Of a stretch of 64,000 nucleotides of DNA, positions 49,872-59,044 are shown piece after piece. Each line of letters opens with the position of its first letter. Position 1 is the stretch's first letter. The DNA comes from Spirochaetia bacterium (GTDB lineage Bacteria; Spirochaetota; Spirochaetia; UBA9216): positions 2,656,001 through 2,720,000 of the forward strand of contig OY776510.1 in NCBI GenBank assembly GCA_963675665.1, given 5' to 3'. The translations under genes and the position numbers were made by a program. The notes under the pieces are model-generated. The model did no database searches, was not told the DNA's origin, and saw nothing but the letters and a program-made list of their open reading frames with translations.

Positions 49872-50117
49872 TTACTTTACCTTCAGATAGTGTTTAATCA
49901 AGTCTATTACGCATTCAGGATCGCATTTTTCATGCAAAATGCCGTTAACAATTATATTTGGACCGTTAGAACAATTGCACAGGCACAGCTTTCCGGACAG
50001 TTCTATTTCTTTTTCAAGATCATTTTTACTGATGTACGATTCCGCCAGTTCCAGTGCCCTTGAATTGCCACGTGAATAGCATGAGCTTCCCATGCATATT
50101 TCAATTCTGATCATCAT
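49872..50117 (-). CDS. hfsA: Thioredoxin-like [2Fe-2S] ferredoxin (HfsA-like)
   Basis: ICMGSSCYSRG...LCLCNCSNGPNI. Confidence 0.82.
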   Translation of the reverse strand: MMIRIEICMGSSCYSRGNSRALELAESYISKNDLEKEIELSGKLCLCNCSNGPNIIVNGILHEKCDPECVIDLIKHYLKVK

Positions 50118-50129
50118 AAACCCCTATTA

Positions 50130-50201
50130 AGATAAAAATATATCTATATGATGCAATTTATACAATCGGGGGTATTGTGTCAATAGATAAAATTATATCT
50201 A
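50130..50201 (-). promoter_or_regulatory. hfs promoter flanked by two AGATA-N6-TATCT palindromes
   Basis: Minus-strand TTGACA (50178-50183), 17 nt, TAAATT; palindromes at 50130-50145 and 50184-50201. Confidence 0.55.
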
Positions 50202-50369
50202 AATAAAAAATCCGGTAAAAAAGCTGGTCCGGAACGGCTCATGAGTATGATTTTGTTTATGTAAAAAAGAGCTAATAATTTTTATCTATTATTAAAAATA
50301 TAATAAAAAAGTGTAAAAATACTAAATAAAGAAGAAAAATGGAAAACAGATAAAATATCAAAAAACACC

Positions 50370-50398
50370 TTGACATAATATTGAACAGAGTACATAAT
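50370..50398 (+). promoter_or_regulatory. Sigma70-type promoter of the ADH/kinase operon
   Basis: TTGACA-17 nt-CATAAT. Confidence 0.65.
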
Positions 50399-50471
50399 TA
50401 ATTCCATCTTTTATAAATTATATCTAACATATTGATTTTAAAGATAAAATATAAAACGCAAGGGGAAAATA

Positions 50472-51653
50472 ATGAAATCTTTTGAATTTAGTGTTCCAAC
50501 ATCAGTTTATTTCGGTGCCGGTGAAGTCGAACGAGTGGCTGAACTTGCCCCTACACTTGGAAAGAAAGCTATGTTGCTTGCAGCCGAGGGAACAATGAGA
50601 GAATTGGGTTTTCTGGATCGTGTTGAGAAGCTTTTAAAGAAAGGCGGTATTACCGTTGTAGTATCGGACGATGTTAAATCAAACCCCCGCGACAAGGATA
50701 TAAACAGGCAGACCGAACAATTTTTAAAGGAAGGATGTGATTTTACTGTAGGACTAGGCGGAGGCAGCGCCATGGATTCGGCAAAAGCTGTGTCTTTTCT
50801 TGCTGCGCAGGGCGGTGGAAATATCCGTGACTATCTTGCCGGGGGCGCAAACCCGGAAATGAAAGGCTGCAAGGATGCTCTCAGGTGTATGGTTATTACA
50901 ACTACTGCCGGCACCGGATCGGAGACAACCCCATGGTGGGTCATAACAAATACCGATGACCATGAGAAACCGGGTACCGGGAACGATTCGACGATAGCTG
51001 AAATTGCTATTGTAGATCCTGAGCTTATGCTTACTATACCCACGTCAATAACAAAAAGCACCGGGATTGACGTCCTGTTTCACGCAATGGAAGCTTTTTT
51101 GGCAAATATAGCAACACCGTTTACTGATTTGCTGTCCAGAGAGGCAATGAAGATTGTTGTTGAAAATCTGGGAATTGTTATCGAAGACGGAAACAACCTT
51201 GAAGCCCGCTCTCAGATGGCCTGGGCAAATACTATAGCGGGGATAGCGATCGGTGAAGGCAAGTCGTCAACAGTCGGTATACATGCTCTCGGTCATTCCA
51301 TCGGCGGCCAGACCGATGCTCCGCACGGACTTACAATGGCGGCAATCGGCCCGGCATATATGAGAAAAACCTGGGATGCGGATATTGCGCGTTATGCCGA
51401 GGTTACAAGAATACTTGGATACGCAGAAAGTGGTATGAGTGATGAAAAGCTTGCAGAAAAAAGTGCGGAAGCTCTTGAGAAAACTCTCGTAAAATTCGGT
51501 TGTCGGGTGAGCATGAAGGATCTCGGTGTTAAAGAGGAAATGATTGAACCCATGACTGATTCGGTATTCAAGACAATGGTCGGCTGTCTTGACTGCAGTC
51601 TGAAAGCCCTTGTTCGTAAAGATGTAGTACAGCTCTATAAAGATTCGCTTTAA
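50472..51653 (+). CDS. Iron-containing alcohol dehydrogenase
   Basis: GLGGGSAMDSAK, TTAGTGSE, DPEL, DVLFHAME, HALGH, PHG. Confidence 0.92.
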   Translation: MKSFEFSVPTSVYFGAGEVERVAELAPTLGKKAMLLAAEGTMRELGFLDRVEKLLKKGGITVVVSDDVKSNPRDKDINRQTEQFLKEGCDFTVGLGGGSAMDSAKAVSFLAAQGGGNIRDYLAGGANPEMKGCKDALRCMVITTTAGTGSETTPWWVITNTDDHEKPGTGNDSTIAEIAIVDPELMLTIPTSITKSTGIDVLFHAMEAFLANIATPFTDLLSREAMKIVVENLGIVIEDGNNLEARSQMAWANTIAGIAIGEGKSSTVGIHALGHSIGGQTDAPHGLTMAAIGPAYMRKTWDADIARYAEVTRILGYAESGMSDEKLAEKSAEALEKTLVKFGCRVSMKDLGVKEEMIEPMTDSVFKTMVGCLDCSLKALVRKDVVQLYKDSL

Positions 51654-51658
51654 AGCTT

Positions 51659-53215
51659 ATGGAAGTGAACAGAATGAATGTATATTTGGCAGGAATTGAT
51701 ATAGGAACTACAGGTTCAAAAGCCATGGTTTTTGATAAAACAGGCGAAGTGCTGGGAACAGCCTACCTGGAGTATCCCTGTACCTACCCGAAGCCGGGCT
51801 GGGTTGAGCAGGATCCTGATTTGCTTGTTGATTCAGCCATGAAGGCGATGAAACAGGCTGTTGAAAGATCCGCTGTAAGCGCTGCAGATATAGTATCGGT
51901 TTCACTTTCAGCCCAGAGATGTTGCGGAATATTTCTTGATGAAAACGAAAGGCTCCTGCGCCCGATGATATCATGGCAGGATAACCGGACGCCGGCTGAA
52001 GCGGAAGATATTGCCTCAAAGATATCTCCGGAAGAATACTACAGCATTACCGGGTATCCAAACAGCACTACCTGGCTGCTATCCAAGATGCTTTGGGTCC
52101 GTAAGAACGAACCCGGTTTATGGTCAAAAACTTCGAAGATTGTACAGATGCACGATTATTTTCTTCGTGCTCTTGGTGTGGATGATTATTTTATCGATAC
52201 GAACGATGCAGGTTTTTTCGGTGTTTATGATAATATCAGGCATGAATGGAATGACAGGCTGCTTGATATGTTTGATATTGATAAGAGCATTCTGCCCGTT
52301 CCCGCAAAATCAGGAACCCGGGTCGGTTATGTTTCCGAAGCTGCCTCCGCTAAATGCGGTCTGGCAGCCGGCACCTCAATAAGCGTAGGGGCCGGAGATC
52401 AGAGTGCCGGAGCGGTAGGGGCAGGGGTAGTCAGAAAGGGGGTGCTGTCTGTTTCAATGGGAACTGCAGGTGCGGTTACGGCATTTATTGATAAACCGTT
52501 CAGGGATCCGAACTGTAAAAGCCTTGCTACTGCACATCCTGTAGACGGGTGCTGGTTACTGGAAGGCTACCAGGCCGCAGCCGCAAGTGTTTACCGATGG
52601 TTTCGCGATGAACTGGGCGCGGCCGAACAGCTTGAAGCGGAAAAATCGGGTAAAGATTTTTTTGAAATAATGAATGAGAAGATTGCCAAGATACCTGCCG
52701 GTTCAAACGGTTTGTTGATGATGCCTTATTTTGCAAGCGCCGGAACGCCGAGATACAACTCCTCGGCCCGCGGAACTGTAATAGGCCTGACCTTTGCACA
52801 TACCCGCATCGAACTGGCCAGGGCTTTTATGGAAGGTATTACAATGGACATGCGCGATATGTTGAATGCCATGTCTGATGCCGGAGTTGATATCAGGCAA
52901 GCAAGAATACTTGGCGGTCCGACAAAATCCGATGTTTGGAACCAGATGCAGGCGGATATATACGGCATTCCTGTTGATACGCTGAAAGTAGGCGATGCGA
53001 CCGTTTTGGGCGCTGCTGTACTGGGAGGAACCGGCGCCGGTGTGTTTTCTTCCGTAGAAGAAGGAGCAGACGCAATGGTTTCACTTGAAAATAGATATTA
53101 TCCTGATGAGAAGAAACACGCACTTTATACCAGGCTTTATGATATTTACTGCAAAGCTTATGAAGGACTGGAGCATAGCGGCGTTTTTAAATCATTAGCT
53201 GAAATGCAGGCATAG
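51659..53215 (+). CDS. FGGY-family carbohydrate kinase (xylulokinase-like)
   Basis: GIDIGTTGSK, WVEQDP, ISWQDNR, GAGDQ, SMGT, ILGG. Confidence 0.88.
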   Translation: MEVNRMNVYLAGIDIGTTGSKAMVFDKTGEVLGTAYLEYPCTYPKPGWVEQDPDLLVDSAMKAMKQAVERSAVSAADIVSVSLSAQRCCGIFLDENERLLRPMISWQDNRTPAEAEDIASKISPEEYYSITGYPNSTTWLLSKMLWVRKNEPGLWSKTSKIVQMHDYFLRALGVDDYFIDTNDAGFFGVYDNIRHEWNDRLLDMFDIDKSILPVPAKSGTRVGYVSEAASAKCGLAAGTSISVGAGDQSAGAVGAGVVRKGVLSVSMGTAGAVTAFIDKPFRDPNCKSLATAHPVDGCWLLEGYQAAAASVYRWFRDELGAAEQLEAEKSGKDFFEIMNEKIAKIPAGSNGLLMMPYFASAGTPRYNSSARGTVIGLTFAHTRIELARAFMEGITMDMRDMLNAMSDAGVDIRQARILGGPTKSDVWNQMQADIYGIPVDTLKVGDATVLGAAVLGGTGAGVFSSVEEGADAMVSLENRYYPDEKKHALYTRLYDIYCKAYEGLEHSGVFKSLAEMQA

Positions 53216-53220
53216 TTTTT

Positions 53221-54039
53221 TTGAGTACGGCAGTTGAAAGATACATTATTCCGAACATCGCACGCGCTCTGAAAATCCTTGACTTTCTGTCAAAGTGCAA
53301 AGAAGGCGAGACAATTTCCGGTATTGCACAGAATTTTGGAATTCCGGTAAACAGTACCTTCCGAATAATCAAAAGTCTTGAAGTATATGGATATGTTGAG
53401 GAAGCCGGACACAGATATTTTACGACTCCGCGTCTTTTATACCTGGGTTATGCCGGGTTGAACCAGAAAGGTCTGATTCAGAATTCGATCAGCATGATGC
53501 GCAAGTTGAGAGATGATATTAATGAAACTGTTTTGCTTGGTACCATGGTTGCCAACGAAATTGTAATAATCGAGCAACTGCCGTCATTTGAATTTATAAA
53601 ATTTACAATTGAGATAGGTCACAGGGTTCCTGTTCATGCTTCGGCACCCGGGAAAGCAGTTCTTGCATTTATGCCCGGGAAGGAAAGAATATCTGTTCTG
53701 GAGCATTTAAACTATGAACGTTTTAATGATAACACCATTCCCTGTAAAAATGATATGCTTGATGAAATTGATGAAATTCTGGAAAAAGGATATGCAATTG
53801 ATAAGGGTGAAGAGATTACGGGGATAATCTGTATTGCTGCGCCGATACTTGATTATCGTAATTATCCTGTTGCTTCCGTCTGGACAACAGGTCCTGATTT
53901 CAGAATAAACAAAAAGGGAATAGATAAGATCGCAGAAAACGTTGTGCAGACTGCAATTGAAATATCCGGATGTATGGGATTAAATGAAAATGCTAAAAAA
54001 AGAAGCAGTCTGTACAGTAAAAAGCTCTACAGCATATAA
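53221..54039 (+). CDS. IclR family transcriptional regulator
   Basis: NIARALKIL HTH; HASAPGKA; GYAIDKGE; IAAPI. Confidence 0.88.
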   Translation: MSTAVERYIIPNIARALKILDFLSKCKEGETISGIAQNFGIPVNSTFRIIKSLEVYGYVEEAGHRYFTTPRLLYLGYAGLNQKGLIQNSISMMRKLRDDINETVLLGTMVANEIVIIEQLPSFEFIKFTIEIGHRVPVHASAPGKAVLAFMPGKERISVLEHLNYERFNDNTIPCKNDMLDEIDEILEKGYAIDKGEEITGIICIAAPILDYRNYPVASVWTTGPDFRINKKGIDKIAENVVQTAIEISGCMGLNENAKKRSSLYSKKLYSI

Positions 54040-54098
54040 TTTAATGTTTAAAAACCTTATTGACTTTATCGATTTGTAACAGGATAATATCATCTATT

Positions 54099-54893
54099 AT
54101 GGATAATTTTGAACGGGACAGAGAAAAAAATAAATATCTCATTCCAAATATAGCACGGGCACTGAAAATAATTGAATATTTGGCAAAAGATAAACAGGAA
54201 GCCAGTATTACAGAGATATCGGACGACTTTAAATATCCGAAGAATTCGGTGTTTCGTATATTAAACACTCTCCAGTATTATGGTTATGTTGAAGAACACA
54301 ACAGAAAATATAAAGCAACCCCCAGGCTTCTGTACCTGGGGTATGCCGGAATGCGTAATAACGGTATAACAGAGAATTCGATCGATATTATGCATGCCAT
54401 AAGGGATGAGCTCAACGAAACTGTAATGCTGGGTACCCTGTTGGGAAACGAAGTAGTAATTATAGAACAGCTGCCTTCATTTCAGTATATAAAGTTTACT
54501 ACTGAAATCGGACACAGGGTAAATATACATACATCAGCTCCCGGAAAGAGTATTTCAGCTTTCCTTCCGGAACACGAGAAAAATGATCTTATAAGTCATA
54601 TTACCTTTACACGTTACACAAACGGTACAATCCCGAGCCAAAGCGCAATGATGAAAGAGCTTGAAAAGGTCAAAGCATCCGGTTATGCGGTAGATAACGG
54701 AGAAGAGGTCCCGGAGGTCCATTGTGTCGGTGCGCCGATTTTTGACTATCGTAATTATCCTATAGCATCAGTTTGGGTGTCGGGTCCGGCCTTCAGGCTT
54801 GATGCGGAAAAGCAGGCAATGTTCGGTGAAAGAATTAGAGAATATGCAATGCAGATTTCGCGCAGATTTGGTTATGATCCTGTATTAGGCTGA
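54099..54893 (+). CDS. IclR family transcriptional regulator (paralogue of the upstream gene)
   Basis: NIARALKII; HTSAPGK; GYAVDNGEE; VGAPIFD. Confidence 0.9.
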   Translation: MDNFERDREKNKYLIPNIARALKIIEYLAKDKQEASITEISDDFKYPKNSVFRILNTLQYYGYVEEHNRKYKATPRLLYLGYAGMRNNGITENSIDIMHAIRDELNETVMLGTLLGNEVVIIEQLPSFQYIKFTTEIGHRVNIHTSAPGKSISAFLPEHEKNDLISHITFTRYTNGTIPSQSAMMKELEKVKASGYAVDNGEEVPEVHCVGAPIFDYRNYPIASVWVSGPAFRLDAEKQAMFGERIREYAMQISRRFGYDPVLG

Positions 54894-54903
54894 GGGAAAC
54901 GGA

Positions 54904-55437
54904 ATGAAAACAGAACAGGATATCAGGGATGAAGTTGTTATTTCAGTAGCACATAAAATGCTTGTTGCTGCCAAAACTGCGCCGAAGGGCAAGGGCGTGG
55001 ATAATATAAAAGCGGCCGTGCTCACAGGTGATGAAATAAAAAATATTTCAGACCACCTTTACCGTATGGAAAAAGAGGGCAGAGCCCCGGATTATTTTGC
55101 AAGAGACGCAGGTAATCTGCTGAAAGCATCAGCGTTGTTCATAATCGGAACAAGGATTGAGGCGTTAGGCGTGTCTCCATGCGGCAACTGCGGCTTTAAA
55201 AACTGCGCGGAAAAGAACAGGCATCCCGACACACCATGCTCGTTCAACACAGGAGACCTCGGAATTGCGATTGGTTCCGCTGTCAGCGTAGCAATGGATA
55301 ACCGTATAGACAACAGGGTTATGTTTACGGTTGGAATTGCCGCCAGAGAAATGGGGCTTTTAGGGAAGGATGTGAAAGTAATCTACGGAATCCCGCTGGC
55401 TTCCGAATCAAAGAACCCGTTTTTTGATCGCAAATAG
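54904..55437 (+). CDS. Ferredoxin-like domain protein (DUF2148 type)
   Basis: AAKTAPKGKGVD, CGNCGFKNC, DLGIAIGSA, DNRVMF, KNPFFDR. Confidence 0.8.
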   Translation: MKTEQDIRDEVVISVAHKMLVAAKTAPKGKGVDNIKAAVLTGDEIKNISDHLYRMEKEGRAPDYFARDAGNLLKASALFIIGTRIEALGVSPCGNCGFKNCAEKNRHPDTPCSFNTGDLGIAIGSAVSVAMDNRIDNRVMFTVGIAAREMGLLGKDVKVIYGIPLASESKNPFFDRK

Positions 55438-55449
55438 CAGTCCTGCTTT

Positions 55450-56517
55450 TTAACAGTCAGGGTCCTCTTCCATTTCCGAATTTAGATTGAGTGCAAGATC
55501 AAAAACATCTTTTTCCTTATTCAGAAGTTTTTCCATATACATTTTCTGGTCTACGAAATGGAGTATTTCTTCATAATTTTCATCATCAGCCTGATGAATG
55601 CCGATGCTTAAGCCGGTATTATATTGTTTGAGTTCTTCATCGTTACGGAGGTTGTTTTCAATTCTGGTTTTCAGACGATAAGCATCCTCAGCCGAGGTTG
55701 ACGGCATCAGTATGATAAACTCGTCTCCTCCGTATCTGAAAATAATATCAGCGCTTCTTGCGGATTTTTTCAGGACTGCTGCGGTCTTTTTCAGAACTTT
55801 ATCGCCTGCTACATGCCCGTGAGTATCGTTAACATTTTTAAAATCATCAATATCTATAAACAGCAGGCTTAAATCATCTTTTGTCCGCTTTGTCCGATCC
55901 AATTCTTTTGTGAGATAAAATTGAAAGTATCTCCTGTTATAGACTTCCGTAAGAGGATCTATATTTACAAGTCTTTTAATTCGGGAAGAGTAATATGTTT
56001 TTTCTATCGTTATAGCGGTGAAATCAGTAATTGTTGTCAACAGCTTAAGATCTATGGGAGTAAAATTTATTCCCTCAAGTTTGTTTATCAGCTCTATCAC
56101 TCCGTATACTTTTCCATGACTGATCAGAGGTGCACCAATAATAGATTGAGTTTTAAACCCGGAGTCATCATCATAACTGCTGTCGAATCTTTGATCTTTA
56201 TCTACATCCTCAATGATTAAAGGCATCTTGTTTTCTGCTATCCAGCCGGCAATTCCCCGACCTTTCGGAATAACTTTACCTTTAAGATTGGAAGACGCTT
56301 TGCCTTCAACAATAGTAAATTTCAACTCTCCAGTTTTCGGGTTTCTAAGCATCAAGGACCAGTTTAACGGTGCAAAAATACTTCCGATTTGCTTCATTGT
56401 TTCGGACAAAGTTTCATTCAACGTCATGCAGGATGCCAATGACTTTGCAATATCAGAGAAGAATGATAACTTTACAAAGTCTTCTGTAGTGGTGTTTGTA
56501 AAATTTTCAGCTGTCAT
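55450..56517 (-). CDS. GAF-domain diguanylate cyclase
   Basis: GIAGWIA GAF; DIDDFKNVNDTHGH; RSADIIFRYGGDEF. Confidence 0.9.
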   Translation of the reverse strand: MTAENFTNTTTEDFVKLSFFSDIAKSLASCMTLNETLSETMKQIGSIFAPLNWSLMLRNPKTGELKFTIVEGKASSNLKGKVIPKGRGIAGWIAENKMPLIIEDVDKDQRFDSSYDDDSGFKTQSIIGAPLISHGKVYGVIELINKLEGINFTPIDLKLLTTITDFTAITIEKTYYSSRIKRLVNIDPLTEVYNRRYFQFYLTKELDRTKRTKDDLSLLFIDIDDFKNVNDTHGHVAGDKVLKKTAAVLKKSARSADIIFRYGGDEFIILMPSTSAEDAYRLKTRIENNLRNDEELKQYNTGLSIGIHQADDENYEEILHFVDQKMYMEKLLNKEKDVFDLALNLNSEMEEDPDC

Positions 56518-56580
56518 AAAAGAATTATACTATTTAAGTGAGTTTTAGTCAGTCAAATATGGATGTAACGGATTAAAAAT

Positions 56581-56617
56581 TTGACCGAAATAGACTTTTA
56601 GACTATATTTGTCTAAA
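56581..56617 (+). promoter_or_regulatory. Promoter and palindromic operator of the TetR operon
   Basis: TTGACC-17-TATATT; the inverted repeat TTTAGAC-N7-GTCTAAA (56597-56617) overlaps the -10. Confidence 0.7.
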
Positions 56618-56620
56618 GAG

Positions 56621-57190
56621 ATGAAAGATTTTATTTATCGGAAAATAATTAAAACCGCAGAAAAACTTTTCAACAGGTTTGGAATATCGAAAACTGCAAT
56701 GAGTGATGTAGCAAAAAATGCTGATGTTTCCAGGGCTACAATATTTAACAATTTCGGAAACAAGGAGGGGCTGCTCAAGGCTGTTCTCGACAGGAAAATT
56801 GCGGAATTCAGAACGGATGTGAAAAATAGCGCGGGGAATGCTAAAAACGTCTCCGAAAGAATTAAGGCTGTGCTTGTCGGCCGTATCAGGCTGATTTCCG
56901 GCATGAAATTTATAACCGACAGACAGATTGCCGGTGAGAATATTAAGATCTCCCTGTTTCTGGAAGAACTGGACCGTGAGTTTATGGATAAAACCAGGGC
57001 GATCCTGAAAAACAGCGAAACTGCCGGTGAAGATTTAAGCAGCCTGCTTAATACAATTTCATTCATGTTGAAAGGAATCGAAAGCGGTATTACTGAAAAG
57101 TTCGATGCACTTTCACTGAGTCAGGTTGAACATGATATCGATTATTTTTTACGGCTTGCAATTCCGGAAGCCGATGAGGATTTGCATTAA
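56621..57190 (+). CDS. TetR/AcrR family regulator
   Basis: AEKLFNRFGISKTAMSDVAKNADVSRATIFNNFGNKEGL. Confidence 0.9.
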   Translation: MKDFIYRKIIKTAEKLFNRFGISKTAMSDVAKNADVSRATIFNNFGNKEGLLKAVLDRKIAEFRTDVKNSAGNAKNVSERIKAVLVGRIRLISGMKFITDRQIAGENIKISLFLEELDREFMDKTRAILKNSETAGEDLSSLLNTISFMLKGIESGITEKFDALSLSQVEHDIDYFLRLAIPEADEDLH

Positions 57191-57738
57191 TGATCTTTAT
57201 TTTTGAAAAGAGTATTTTCATCTTTTTTGTTTTTTCTTTTACAGGATGGCTTATAGAACTGGTTTTCCGCTCGGTATATGAGCGCCGACCGGTAAATCCG
57301 GGGTTTCATTTTGGACCATGGCTGCCGATATACGGCTTCTGCGGAGTTGTAATCTACCTTGTGGCCGGCAGTTTGTCCGGATATTCGATTCCGCTGAGAA
57401 TGTTGTTCTATTTTATTCTCTGCACATCTGTAGAGTTCTTTGCCGGGTTATTTCTCGAGAAGTGTTTCGGAAAACGGTTCTGGGATTATACTGCCAACCG
57501 GTTCAACTTTATGGGATATATATGTCTAAAATATTCTGCATGCTGGGTTCTTGTAAGCGTAATTGTTGAGTTTTATATTCTGCCTGTTCTCCTGGCCGCC
57601 ATGACGGACATTCCCGATTCTTTTTTATATAAAACGGATATTATACTGCTGTTTTTAATAAGCGCGGATTTTATAATATCAAGCGGTCTGCTGAGTTCCG
57701 ATAAAATACAGCGTTTAAGAAAACTGATAATTAAATGA
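57190..57738 (+). CDS. CmpB/DUF1113-type membrane protein (annotated as a putative ABC permease)
   Basis: GWLIE...NPGFHFGPWLPIYG...WDYTANRFNFMGYICL. Confidence 0.8.
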   Translation: MIFIFEKSIFIFFVFSFTGWLIELVFRSVYERRPVNPGFHFGPWLPIYGFCGVVIYLVAGSLSGYSIPLRMLFYFILCTSVEFFAGLFLEKCFGKRFWDYTANRFNFMGYICLKYSACWVLVSVIVEFYILPVLLAAMTDIPDSFLYKTDIILLFLISADFIISSGLLSSDKIQRLRKLIIK

Positions 57739-58223
57739 AAGTAAGTATCCCTGATTCATATCTTAACTTTCCCGGAATTAAAGAGATCATGAATCATCCC
57801 GAATTTGACTTAATGAAAACTTTTCGTCACCATGGTAGAATCAGTTGTTTTGAACATACATTAAAGGTTACGGAAAGGGCTTTCTGGATGACGGAAAAAA
57901 GCGGAGCCGATATTATTACAACAATCCGGGGCGCACTTTTGCATGATTTTTATCTCTATGACTGGCACGGCGGCGGGCCTTCATGGCACGGTTACCGTCA
58001 TCCTTTCAGAGCATTTCGGGAAGCCTCGGCAAGGTTTGAACTAAACAGGATCGAAAAGGACATTATTATAAAGCATATGTTTCCTTTAACACCCTTTCCG
58101 CCGTTGTATCGGGAATCATGGATTGTCTGCATTGCCGACAAGGCTTCGGCGTTTGAAGACTATTCGGGGGTTATGACGGAATATTTGAAAATGCGGCTTG
58201 TCGGTGAAGCCGCAGCGGATTAA
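57735..58223 (+). CDS. HD domain phosphohydrolase
   Basis: HHG...FEHT...GALLHDFYLYDWH...HP...HMFPLT...IADK. Confidence 0.85.
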   Translation: MKVSIPDSYLNFPGIKEIMNHPEFDLMKTFRHHGRISCFEHTLKVTERAFWMTEKSGADIITTIRGALLHDFYLYDWHGGGPSWHGYRHPFRAFREASARFELNRIEKDIIIKHMFPLTPFPPLYRESWIVCIADKASAFEDYSGVMTEYLKMRLVGEAAAD

Positions 58224-58249
58224 AACAACCAATCATTCAGTTGAAATGC

Positions 58250-58720
58250 CTATTTGAATATTTCTTTAAATTTTCCGGCAGCGGCGATGGTTTCCGCATC
58301 AGGATTTTTCCCGGGCCAGACGACTGCACCGTCCGATACGGCTTCCGCACCGGCAGCGCGGGCAAGTTTTGACATTTGGGATAGCGCATGGTTGGCGCCG
58401 GTCCATTTAAAGGGCAGCCCCTTTGTTGTAATGAAAGCAGCTTTTTTACCGTTAAGTCCGCTGAGGGTTTTCATGTAATTATTCATCGGCATTGCAAGGG
58501 AAAATGCCTGTACCGGTGCGGCAAAAACAAGGGCATCATATTTTAGAGCGTCAGGAGCATTGGTTATTTTGATATCAGTCCTGCTTCCGCCGGAATCTCC
58601 GGACGATTCTACTTTCTCGATTGAGCAGTTCAAACCCGCTGAATCCAGTTCGGTTTTCAGTTTTTCACATACTTTCAGGGTGTTTCCGGTCTGTGAATAG
58701 ACAATTATTCCTATATTCAT
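58250..58720 (-). CDS. Flavodoxin-like protein
   Basis: IVYSQTGNT, YDALVFAAPVQAF. Confidence 0.85.
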   Translation of the reverse strand: MNIGIIVYSQTGNTLKVCEKLKTELDSAGLNCSIEKVESSGDSGGSRTDIKITNAPDALKYDALVFAAPVQAFSLAMPMNNYMKTLSGLNGKKAAFITTKGLPFKWTGANHALSQMSKLARAAGAEAVSDGAVVWPGKNPDAETIAAAGKFKEIFK

Positions 58721-59044
58721 TGTTACCTCTACTTTAGAATATTCCCCGCAGAGATGCGGTTTAAAGAAATGAAGTTTGATAGCAACGCTTCAAACTTCAA
58801 ATTGATAAAAATACAAAAGATACGAAGTATCTTAAAGTATCTATTATCAATCCTCCTATCCGGTTATTATAAACCGGAACTCAACAGTAGTGGGATAAAA
58901 TTATAAAGCAGTTTGATGTCTATATTAAAGAAGCTGGGGCACAAGGGAGTCCCCGGTATTAAGCCAAATAATTTGCGATACAAAACATTTATATAAAGAA
59001 AAATATATATTGTCAAATATTACCGTAGTAGTTATATTTATAGC

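Noticed and set aside
50118-50471. Rex operator at the hydrogenase/ADH promoters
   Set aside because: No convincing TTGTGAA-N4-TTCACAA match; a different palindrome is present.
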